Positions 7,370-14,947 of a stretch of DNA of 16,450 nucleotides are shown here, piece after piece. The translations under genes were made by a program, and so were the position numbers. The notes beneath the pieces were generated by a model. The model did not search any database and was not told where the DNA came from. It worked only from the letters and a program-made list of their open reading frames with translations. Position 1 is the stretch's first letter, and each line of letters opens with the position of its first letter. The stretch is from Planctomycetota bacterium. Lineage in GTDB: Bacteria > Planctomycetota > Planctomycetia > Pirellulales > Lacipirellulaceae. The stretch is taken from assembly GCA_039190745.1 (NCBI GenBank), contig JBCCXZ010000073.1:1-16450 (forward strand), read 5' to 3'.

Positions 7370-10300
7370 GTGAGTGAAGCTGATGTACTGTCGGACTTCC
7401 ACCCCTGCACCGCGGCGTGGTTCCGCGACTCGTTCGACGCGCCGACCGCGGCGCAGCGGAAGGCGTGGCCGGCGATCCGCAACGGCGAGAGCACGCTGCT
7501 CTTGGCTCCGACGGGATCGGGCAAGACGCTGGCGGCGTTCTTGGCGAGCATCGACCGGCTGATGTTCAGGCCGCGTGATTCAGAACCCGAAGGCGTGCGG
7601 GTGCTGTACATCTCGCCGCTCAAGGCGCTGGGCGTGGACATCGACCGCAACCTGCGGGCGCCGATCGCGGGGCTGCGGGCGGCGGCGGAGCGAGAGGGCG
7701 TCGAAGCGGCGCCGCCGACGGTGGCAATCCGCTCGGGCGACACGCCCCCCGAAGAGCGGCGGCAGATCCAGCGGCACCCGCCGGAGGTGCTCATCACTAC
7801 GCCCGAGTCGCTCTACCTGCTGCTCACCAGCAAGGCGAGCTCGATCCTGCGGACGGTCGAGACGGTGATCGTCGATGAGATCCACGTGATGGCGCCGACG
7901 AAGCGGGGGGCGCACCTGTTCCTTTCGCTGGAGCGTCTTGAGCGTCTGCGGCGTGAGACCGACCCAGAGGTGAAACCGCTGCAGCGGATCGGGCTCTCGG
8001 CAACGCAGCGGCCACTGGACGAGATTGCGCGGCTGTTGGGCGGTGCGGAGGCGACGGCCGATCCCGACCGTGCGCCGGTTCCAAGGCCGGTGACGATTGT
8101 CGATGCCAGCGAGCCGAAGCGGCTGGATATCCTGATCGAGACGCCGGTCGACGACATGGCCCGATTGGGCGAACAGACGCCGCCCGTGGGCAACGCTTCC
8201 AATGGGCCGTCTCTGCCGAGCATCTGGGCGGCGATCCACCCGCGGTTGGTGGAGCTGATCAAAGCGCACCGCTCGACGATGGTGTTCGTCAACAGCCGGC
8301 GGCTGGCGGAGCGGATGGCGTCGGCGATCAACGAGATCGCCGAGGAGGAGATCGCGCTCGCGCACCACGGCAGCGTGGCGAAGGACAAGCGGCAGGCGAT
8401 CGAAGACCAACTCAAGCGCGGCCAGCTGCCGGCGATCGTGGCCACGAGCTCGCTGGAGCTGGGTATCGACATGGGCGCCGTCGACCTGGTGGTGCAGGTC
8501 GAGGCGCCGCCGACGATCGCGTCGGGCATCCAGCGGATCGGCCGCTCGGGCCGCGGCGTCGATCTGCTCTCCAAGGGCGTGATCTTCCCCAAGTACCGGG
8601 GCGACCTGCTGGCGTGCGCCGGGGCGGCGGGGCGGATGCTCGGCGGCAAGGTGGAAGAGACGCGCTACCCGCGGAACCCGCTCGACCTGGTGGCGCAGCA
8701 GGTGGTGGCGATGGTCTCGCGTGGGCCTGTCACCGTAGACGACCTGTACGCGACGGTCCGCGGCGCTGCGCCGTACGCCGACCTGTCGCGCACTTTGTTC
8801 GAGGAGGTGCTCGACCTGCTCGCGGGGCGGTACCCGTCGGACGACTTCGCGGAGCTGCGGGCGCGGGTCACCTGGGATCGGCAAGCCGGGATCGTCTCGC
8901 CGCGGCGGGGGACGCAGCGGCTGGCGATCCTCAACGGCGGCACCATCCCCGACCGCGGGCTGTACGGCGTGTTCCTCACCGGCGACGGGCCGGACGGCTC
9001 GGGCGGCATGCGGGTGGGCGAGCTCGACGAAGAGATGGTGTTCGAGACGCAGCCGGGCGACGTGTTCCTGCTGGGGGCGTCGAGCTGGCGGGTGCTGGAG
9101 ATCACCAAAGACCGCGTGCTCGTGGCGCCGGCGCCGGGCGAGCCGGGGAAGATGCCGTTCTGGCGGGGCGACGGGCCGGGGCGGCCGCTGGAGTTCGGCC
9201 GGGCGATCGGGCGACTGACGCGCGAGCTGACGGCGATCCCCACGGACGAGGCGAACAGGCGCTTGCAGGGTGAGCACCGGCTCGACGAGCGGGCAGCGAA
9301 CAACCTGGTGGAGTACTTGCGCGACCAGCGCGAGGCGGCGGTGCATGCGCCGACGGACAAGTCGATTGTGGTGGAGACGTTCGTCGACGAGATCGGCGAC
9401 TGGCGGATGTGCGTGCTCTCGACGCTCGGCTCACGCGTGCATGCGCCGTGGGCGATGACGGTCGCGGCGCGGCTCCGCGAAGAGGGGCACGGCGAGGTCG
9501 ACTACAGCTGGACCGACGACGGCATGGTGTTCCGTTTGCCGGAGACGGCCGACCCGCCGGAGGCGTCGTGGTTTGTGCCGCGCTCCGAGGACATCGAGCA
9601 GCAGGTGACCGAGCAGCTGGGGAGCACGACGCTGTTCGCGGTGCGGTTCCGGGAGAACGCGGCGCGGGCGTTGCTCTTGCCCAAGCGGCAGCCGAACCGG
9701 CGGACGCCGCTGTGGCTGCAGCGCCGCAAGTCGGCCGACCTGTTGCAGGCGGCGGCGAAGTACCCGAGTTTCCCGATCCTGCTCGAAACGTACCGCGAGT
9801 GTTTGCGGGACGTGTTCGATTTGCCGGGGCTGGTCGAGGTGCTGCGGGACATCGAGCGGAGCGCCATCCGCGTGGAGTCGGTGCGGACCGACTCGGCGTC
9901 GCCGTTTGCGTCGGCGTTGTTGTTCGACTACGTCGGCAACTTCATGTACGAGGGCGACGCGCCGCTGGCGGAGCGGCGGGCGCAGGCGTTAGCGCTCGAT
10001 CACGGCAAGCTCCGCGAGCTGCTGGGCGGGGCCGACCTGCGGGAGCTGCTCGACGCGGACGCGATCGACGAAGTGGCGCTCGAGTTGCAACGTCTCCGCG
10101 AGCCGCAGGCGCGGGACGCCGACGACGTGCACGACTTGCTGCTTTCGCTGGGGCCGCTCACCGCGGCGGAGTTGCGGCAGCGCTGCCGGGCGGCGGAGGC
10201 CGAGGCCGGTTTCGAAGGCTGGCTGCGGGAGCTGCTCGACGCGCGGCGGGTGTTCGAGCTGAAGATCGGCGGCCGGGCGCGGGTGGCGGCGGCGGAAGAC

Positions 10301-11983
10301 GCGGGGCGGCTGCGCGACGCGCTGGGGACGAACCCGCCGGTGGGTTTGCCGGACGCGTTCCTGGAGCGGGTCGCCGACCCCGCAGGCGATTTGGTTTCGC
10401 GGTACGCGCGGACCCACGGGCCGTTCACCACCGAGGAGGCGGCCGCGGCGTTGGGGCTGGGGCCGGCGACGGTGCTGCCGCTCTTGGAGCGGCTCACCAA
10501 CGAGGGCCGGCTGCTTGCCGGGGAGTTTTTGCCGAAGCGTCGCGGCCGGGAGTGGTGCGACCAGTCGGTGCTGCGACGGATCAAGCGGAAGTCGCTCGCC
10601 AAGCTGCGTCAGCAGGTGGAGGCGGTGCCGCCGGAGTCGCTGGCAGCTTTCCTGCCGGTGTGGCAAGGGGTGACCCAACCGCGGCGGGGGCTCGACGGTT
10701 TGCTCGACGTGATCGAACAACTGCAGGGGGCGCCGGTGCCCTCGCAGACGTTGGAGCAGTCGATCTTGCCGGCGCGGGTCGAAGAGTACAAGCCGGCGAT
10801 GCTCGACGAGCTGTGCCTAGCCGGCGAGGTGGTGTGGCAGGGCCTGCAGGGCACCGGCGTGGGCCACGGCAAGGTGGCGTTGTACCTCACCGACCGTTTT
10901 CCATTCTTGGGGCGGATGCCGCTGCCCCCTGAAAAACCCGTCGAGGGTGACGAAGACGACGACCCGACGCTGACCGCGGTCCGCGAGCTGCTCGGCCAAC
11001 GCGGGGCGTTGCGGTTTGAGGAGATCGCGGCCCAGCTGGGCGGCTTCCCCAACGATGTGCTTGGAGCACTGTGGCAGCTGGTGTGGCGGGGCGAGGCGAC
11101 CAACGACACGCTCGCGCCGCTCCGCGGATCGGCGCCCGGCAACGAACGCCGCGGGCGGCGGAACGACCGGCGGCGGTCCGGGCAACGGTTCCGCACGCGG
11201 CGGCAGGCGCGGCTGCCGGGTTCGGAGGGGCGGTGGTCGCTCTTGCGAACGGCGGGAGCGGCGGAGCCGGACCCGACCGAGCGGTTCACGGCGCTGGCGA
11301 ACCAGCTGCTCGCGCGGCACGGCGTGCTCACCCGCGAGGGGATCAACCGGGAAGAAGTGCCGGGGGGCTTTGCGAACCTCTACCCGGTGCTGAAGACGAT
11401 GGAGGAGTCGGGCAAGGTGCTCCGCGGGTACTTCGTCGAGGGGCTGGGCGGGGCGCAGTTTGCGCTCCCTGGCGCCGACGAGCTGCTCCGCCGCGCGGCG
11501 GGCGACGAGGCGTCTGCCGGGCTGGTGCTCGCGGCGACCGACCCGGCGAACGCGTACGGGGCGGCGCTGGGTTGGCCCACCGACGAGGAGTCGACCTCGC
11601 GGCCGCAGCGGGTGGCGGGCGCCTCGGTCGTGCTGGGCGAAGGCCGGCTGCTGGGGTACCTGGGCTCGGGCCGGCAGTCGCTCACGACGTTCCTGCCGGC
11701 CGACACGCGTGAGGCGGAGGCGTCGGCCGCGCGGCTGGCGGAGACGCTCGCGGCGGAGTCGGAGCGGACGGCGCCGGTGCTGCTCACCAAAATCGACGGT
11801 GACCCGGCGGCGGGTTCATCGCTGGCCGGGACGCTGGAGGAAGCGGGTTTCGTACGGACCAACCGGGGCCTCTTATGCCGCGGGGCGGCGGACCGGGCAC
11901 GGAAGGCGAAGCGGGTTCAGAACTCCGAGGCAGAGTGGCCGGACGAGAGCGAGTGGCCGGAGCTGATGCCGCGGCCGCGTTGA
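7370..11983 (+). CDS. lhr: Full-length Lhr SF2 ATP-dependent helicase with C-terminal winged-helix/AlkZ-like region
   Basis: Core motifs APTGSGKT, ISPLKAL, RSGDT, ITTPESL, IVDEIH, IGLSAT, HHGSV, ATSSLELGIDMG, QRIGRSG. Lhr-specific GELDEEMVFE, MPFWRGD, RYARTHGPFT, GRWSL, RGYFVEGLGGAQFA, ATDPANAYGAAL. Start is most plausibly GTG 7370; the ORF extends to TTG 7340. Confidence 0.95.
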   Translation: MSEADVLSDFHPCTAAWFRDSFDAPTAAQRKAWPAIRNGESTLLLAPTGSGKTLAAFLASIDRLMFRPRDSEPEGVRVLYISPLKALGVDIDRNLRAPIAGLRAAAEREGVEAAPPTVAIRSGDTPPEERRQIQRHPPEVLITTPESLYLLLTSKASSILRTVETVIVDEIHVMAPTKRGAHLFLSLERLERLRRETDPEVKPLQRIGLSATQRPLDEIARLLGGAEATADPDRAPVPRPVTIVDASEPKRLDILIETPVDDMARLGEQTPPVGNASNGPSLPSIWAAIHPRLVELIKAHRSTMVFVNSRRLAERMASAINEIAEEEIALAHHGSVAKDKRQAIEDQLKRGQLPAIVATSSLELGIDMGAVDLVVQVEAPPTIASGIQRIGRSGRGVDLLSKGVIFPKYRGDLLACAGAAGRMLGGKVEETRYPRNPLDLVAQQVVAMVSRGPVTVDDLYATVRGAAPYADLSRTLFEEVLDLLAGRYPSDDFAELRARVTWDRQAGIVSPRRGTQRLAILNGGTIPDRGLYGVFLTGDGPDGSGGMRVGELDEEMVFETQPGDVFLLGASSWRVLEITKDRVLVAPAPGEPGKMPFWRGDGPGRPLEFGRAIGRLTRELTAIPTDEANRRLQGEHRLDERAANNLVEYLRDQREAAVHAPTDKSIVVETFVDEIGDWRMCVLSTLGSRVHAPWAMTVAARLREEGHGEVDYSWTDDGMVFRLPETADPPEASWFVPRSEDIEQQVTEQLGSTTLFAVRFRENAARALLLPKRQPNRRTPLWLQRRKSADLLQAAAKYPSFPILLETYRECLRDVFDLPGLVEVLRDIERSAIRVESVRTDSASPFASALLFDYVGNFMYEGDAPLAERRAQALALDHGKLRELLGGADLRELLDADAIDEVALELQRLREPQARDADDVHDLLLSLGPLTAAELRQRCRAAEAEAGFEGWLRELLDARRVFELKIGGRARVAAAEDAGRLRDALGTNPPVGLPDAFLERVADPAGDLVSRYARTHGPFTTEEAAAALGLGPATVLPLLERLTNEGRLLAGEFLPKRRGREWCDQSVLRRIKRKSLAKLRQQVEAVPPESLAAFLPVWQGVTQPRRGLDGLLDVIEQLQGAPVPSQTLEQSILPARVEEYKPAMLDELCLAGEVVWQGLQGTGVGHGKVALYLTDRFPFLGRMPLPPEKPVEGDEDDDPTLTAVRELLGQRGALRFEEIAAQLGGFPNDVLGALWQLVWRGEATNDTLAPLRGSAPGNERRGRRNDRRRSGQRFRTRRQARLPGSEGRWSLLRTAGAAEPDPTERFTALANQLLARHGVLTREGINREEVPGGFANLYPVLKTMEESGKVLRGYFVEGLGGAQFALPGADELLRRAAGDEASAGLVLAATDPANAYGAALGWPTDEESTSRPQRVAGASVVLGEGRLLGYLGSGRQSLTTFLPADTREAEASAARLAETLAAESERTAPVLLTKIDGDPAAGSSLAGTLEEAGFVRTNRGLLCRGAADRARKAKRVQNSEAEWPDESEWPELMPRPR

Positions 11984-12083
11984 GGGGTCGATGGCATCGC
12001 CAACTGAGAGGCGTCTTATGAGTAATTACCTGATAGTTCGAGTAAGCGTCTGAACACTCATATTTCGACGCGTCCCACGCTTG

Positions 12084-12524
12084 CTAAGGTTCGACATCAT
12101 AGTCGAGAGACTGGAAGTTCTCGTACCTCCTGAGCCTTTCGTCACACTTCTGCAGGTAAGTCTGCTCTAGGAACGAGTAATCGCTGTAGAGTTCAATGGC
12201 TTTCTTCTGCGTATCAATTGCCATTGGAAAGTCATCGGCCTCAGCAAATGCCGCCGCCAACGCGCTCAATGGCCAAGGCTCGCCATCGGTGATTTCGCAG
12301 GCTTTCCGAGCATAGGAAACGGCACGTTCTCCATCGCGTAAAGACGGGTATGGGCAAGTAGCGAGAAGCCAAGCAGCGAATACGTACACCTCGGCGTCGA
12401 GATTGTCTGGATCTAATTCTATCGCGCGGTTGTAATGCCAAATTGCGTCAGAGAACTGGCGTCTTCCGGCGAGGTTATTCGCAAAGAGGTAATGGGCAAT
12501 AGGATCCTCTGATTCTGGATTCAT
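12084..12524 (-). CDS. Tetratricopeptide-repeat protein (146 aa)
   Basis: TPR-like FSDAIWHYNRAIELDPDN. AWLLATCP..LRDG..AV..A.KACE.T...LAAAFAE motif of a type I associate with planctomycete TPR proteins. SD GGAGG 7 nt before the ATG. About 50-53% GC in two hand-counted 60-nt lines. Confidence 0.8.
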   Translation of the reverse strand: MNPESEDPIAHYLFANNLAGRRQFSDAIWHYNRAIELDPDNLDAEVYVFAAWLLATCPYPSLRDGERAVSYARKACEITDGEPWPLSALAAAFAEADDFPMAIDTQKKAIELYSDYSFLEQTYLQKCDERLRRYENFQSLDYDVEP

Positions 12525-12547
12525 CGAGAATCCTCCGTCTCAGTGGA

Positions 12548-12619
12548 GTACGATGGGTGCTTGCACCCATCGATCTAAAGGCCACGATCAAAGATGATGG
12601 GTGCGAGCACCCATCCTAC
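12548..12619. repeat. REP-like inverted doublet, family A (GTAG-GATGGGTGC palindrome)
   Basis: GTAC-GATGGGTGC-TT-GCACCCATC (12548-12571), 24-nt spacer, GATGGGTGC-GA-GCACCCATC-CTAC (12596-12619). Near-identical doublet at 14045-14120. Confidence 0.85.
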
Positions 12620-12632
12620 AGAATGAAACGCT

Positions 12633-13001
12633 ATGAAGAAGCCGCCACCCGGGACCTCCGAACGCATTGCCAAGATGACCTTCGCGTCGGTCTATCCCCA
12701 CTACGTGGCGAAGGTTGAGAAGAAGGGCCGCACGAAGCAGGAGCTGCACGAGGTGATCGGGTGGCTGACCGGGTTCGACGAGAAGAAGCTGAAGGCCCTC
12801 ATTAAGGACGAGACGACTTTCGAGGGCTTCTTCAAGAAAGCGAAGCTGCACCCCAACGCCCATCTGATCACGGGCGTGGTATGCGGGTATCGGGTCGAGG
12901 AGATCGAGGACCCGCTGCTTCAGCAGGTCCGGTATCTCGACAAGCTGGTGGATGAGCTGGCCAAGGGGAAGAAGATGGAGAAGATTCTGCGGCGCGAATA
13001 G
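12633..13001 (+). CDS. DUF2200-family protein (122 aa)
   Basis: [48 protein letters not shown] and [14 protein letters not shown] match the DUF2200 consensus. Confidence 0.88.
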   Translation: MKKPPPGTSERIAKMTFASVYPHYVAKVEKKGRTKQELHEVIGWLTGFDEKKLKALIKDETTFEGFFKKAKLHPNAHLITGVVCGYRVEEIEDPLLQQVRYLDKLVDELAKGKKMEKILRRE

Positions 13002-13169
13002 GAGAATGCGTGGTCGTTTACGAGAGGAGGTCTTCCCGGATTGCCTCTTGTGCTTCGCACACCGACAATCGGCCGAGTGAGCTTGTGCGGAAGTGACGCC
13101 TTCCGCGGCCGACAGTCGCCGCCACCCGTCACCCGTCCTGCAGCAAGCCTTGGCGTGATGGGCGCCGTG

Positions 13170-13193
13170 ATCGGCCTCGGAGATGCCTCCTAC
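13170..13193 (-). repeat. Single REP-like unit, family B
   Basis: Reverse complement is GTAGGAGGCATCTCCGAGGCCGAT, 2 mismatches to the 3761-3784 arm. No clear partner arm found. Confidence 0.75.
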
Positions 13194-13220
13194 AGAAGAA
13201 AGTAAACACAGGGGCAAAGG

Positions 13221-14018
13221 ATGACGGAGGGCGACACACTCCACCGCGCGGCGACGCAGCTCGCGCCGACGCTCGAGGGCGCGGCGGTCGAGTCGGCCGG
13301 CGGTGCGTTTGGCCAGCGGCACGCGGAGATGCTCGTCGGCCGGTGCGTCACGCGGGTCGAGGCGCGGGGGAAGAACCTGCTGGTGTGGCTGGACGATGCG
13401 TGGGTGATCCACTCGCACCTGGGGATGACGGGCGCATGGCACGTCTATCCTCCCGGCGTGCCTTGGAACAAGCCGGCGCGGCAGGCGGAGCTCGTGCTCT
13501 CCACGGGCTCGGCCGTGGCGGTTTGCTTCAGCCCGAAGACGATCGACCTTCTCTCGAAGACGGAGTACCGCCGGCACCGGTACCTGCAGCGGCTAGGGCC
13601 CGACCTCATGCTGCCTGGGCTCGACGTGGAGGCGGCGATCGAACGGTTCCGCGTCCACGACATCACGCCCATCGGCGAGGCGGTGATGAACCAGACGATC
13701 GTCTGCGGCATCGGGAACGTCTACAAGTCGGAGTCGCTGTTTGTGTGCCGGATGGACCCTTGGGCGCGGGTCGGTTCGTTCTCCGATGAGCAGCTCGCCC
13801 GGTATCTGAAGACCACGCAGCGGCTGATGCTGCGGAACCGCACGGGCGGGAAGCGGCGGACGCGGTTCCGCCCGGACGGCAACCGCCTGTGGGTGTACGG
13901 CCGGCGGGGGGAGGCGTGCCACGAGTGCGGCGAGGCGATCGCCATGCGGCGGCAGGGCGACCAGGGGCGGAGCACGTACTGGTGCCCGGCGTGTCAGCCG
14001 CGGAGCACTTGCGGTTAG
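13221..14018 (+). CDS. nei: Fpg/Nei-family DNA glycosylase/AP lyase (Nei2-like); N-terminus MTEGD instead of MPEGD
   Basis: Motifs EGDTLHR, RGKNLL, HSHLGMTGAW, LGPDL, H2TH motif NQ..VCGIGNVYKSE, and zinc finger CHEC...RSTYWCPAC. Downstream of lhr. Confidence 0.9.
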   Translation: MTEGDTLHRAATQLAPTLEGAAVESAGGAFGQRHAEMLVGRCVTRVEARGKNLLVWLDDAWVIHSHLGMTGAWHVYPPGVPWNKPARQAELVLSTGSAVAVCFSPKTIDLLSKTEYRRHRYLQRLGPDLMLPGLDVEAAIERFRVHDITPIGEAVMNQTIVCGIGNVYKSESLFVCRMDPWARVGSFSDEQLARYLKTTQRLMLRNRTGGKRRTRFRPDGNRLWVYGRRGEACHECGEAIAMRRQGDQGRSTYWCPACQPRSTCG

Positions 14019-14020
14019 CT

Positions 14021-14047
14021 GTAGCTATAGTAGCTGTAGTAGCTGTA
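14021..14047. repeat. 3 x 9-nt tandem repeat GTAGCT(A/G)TA fused to the REP left end
   Basis: GTAGCTATA (14021-14029), GTAGCTGTA (14030-14038), GTAGCTGTA (14039-14047). Confidence 0.8.
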
Positions 14048-14120
14048 GGATGGGTGCTTGCACCCATCTGTCTTTGATCAACACACATACATGAATGATG
14101 GGTGCGAGCACCCATCCTAC
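14045..14120. repeat. REP-like inverted doublet, family A
   Basis: GTAG-GATGGGTGC-TT-GCACCCATC (14045-14068), 28-nt spacer, GATGGGTGC-GA-GCACCCATC-CTAC (14097-14120). Confidence 0.87.
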
Positions 14121-14122
14121 GG

Positions 14123-14890
14123 ATGTCTTTAGCTGATTCATCGCCCGTTGCCCTGATCACCGGCAGCGGCAAGCAGCGCGTCGGGAGCGTCATCGCCGAG
14201 TATCTCGCCGAGCGGGGCTACCGGATCGCCCTGCACTACAGATCGTCGGAGGCCGAAGCCTTCGAGACGCGCGACAAGCTGCGTGCCGGCGGCTGCGCGT
14301 GCGAGGCGTTCCGGGCCGATTTGGGCAGGGTTGACGAGGCGGAGTCGCTCGTAGCGCAGACGGTCGAGGCCTTCGGCCGGCTCGACGTGCTGGTGACGAC
14401 CGCTTCGATCTGGAGCCCCACGCCGCTCGACGAAGTGACGCCGGACGACTTGCAGAAGAACTTCGCGGCCAACACGCTGGCGACGTTCTACCCCGCGCGG
14501 GCCGCTGGGCGGGTGATGGCGGCGCAGCCGGAGGGGGGCTCGATTATTACGATCGGCGACACCGCGATCGACCGGCCGTAAGCGGGGTACGCCGCGTACT
14601 TCATCTCGAAGGGGGCGATCCCCACGCTGACCAAGGCGCTCGCTGTGGAGTTTGTCGAGAGGAACCCGCGCGTGCGGGTGAACTGCATCCAGCCGGGGCC
14701 GGTGATGTTCCCCGAGGGGCTCACCGACGCCGAGAAACAAGCGAAGATCGACCGCACGCTGCTCAAACAGGCCGACCGGCCTGAGGCGGTGGCGCACGCG
14801 GTGGAGTTTCTCATCGAGAACCCGTTCGTGACGGGGGCGTGCCTGCCGGTCGACGCGGGGCAGCACCTCGCCGGCGGCGGCGCGGATTGA
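14123..14890 (+). pseudogene. Pteridine reductase-like (PTR1/FolM-type) SDR interrupted by an in-frame TAA at 14579-14581
   Basis: ORFs 14102..14581 and 14645..14890 share one frame. Joined translation: [71 protein letters not shown]. The YxxxK motif (YFISK) lies after the stop. ATG at 14123. Could be a sequencing error. Confidence 0.8.
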
Positions 14891-14947
14891 GCCGCGGCAA
14901 GCGGGCGCTCATCCGCCGGTCGAACAGATCGGTTGTTGAAAGCTCTT

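Noticed and set aside
7580..10932. Long alternative ORFs inside lhr (7580..9346 minus, 9409..10932 plus and others)
   Set aside because: R/G/A/P-rich off-frame or antisense translations of a well-supported gene.
11140..11220. Arg-rich segment in Lhr (ERRGRRNDRRRSGQRFRTRRQAR)
   Set aside because: A basic low-complexity linker before GRWS is, to my knowledge, usual in full-length Lhr, and the frame is continuous.
13002..13169. Small hairpins (TGTGC-TTC-GCACA; GCGGAAG-N6-CTTCCGC) suggesting an ncRNA
   Set aside because: Short stems are expected at this GC content and match no RNA family I recognise; they may be decayed REP remnants.
12548..14120. Palindromic repeat-spacer-repeat units resembling mini CRISPR arrays
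   Set aside because: Only two units per locus, oriented inversely by their GTAG/CTAC ends, with no cas genes. The layout fits REP doublets.
12588..14193. Minus-strand ORFs 12588..13577 and 13663..14193 sharing the peptide RMGARTHH
   Set aside because: The shared peptide is just the translated family A REP; both ORFs overlap real genes antisense.
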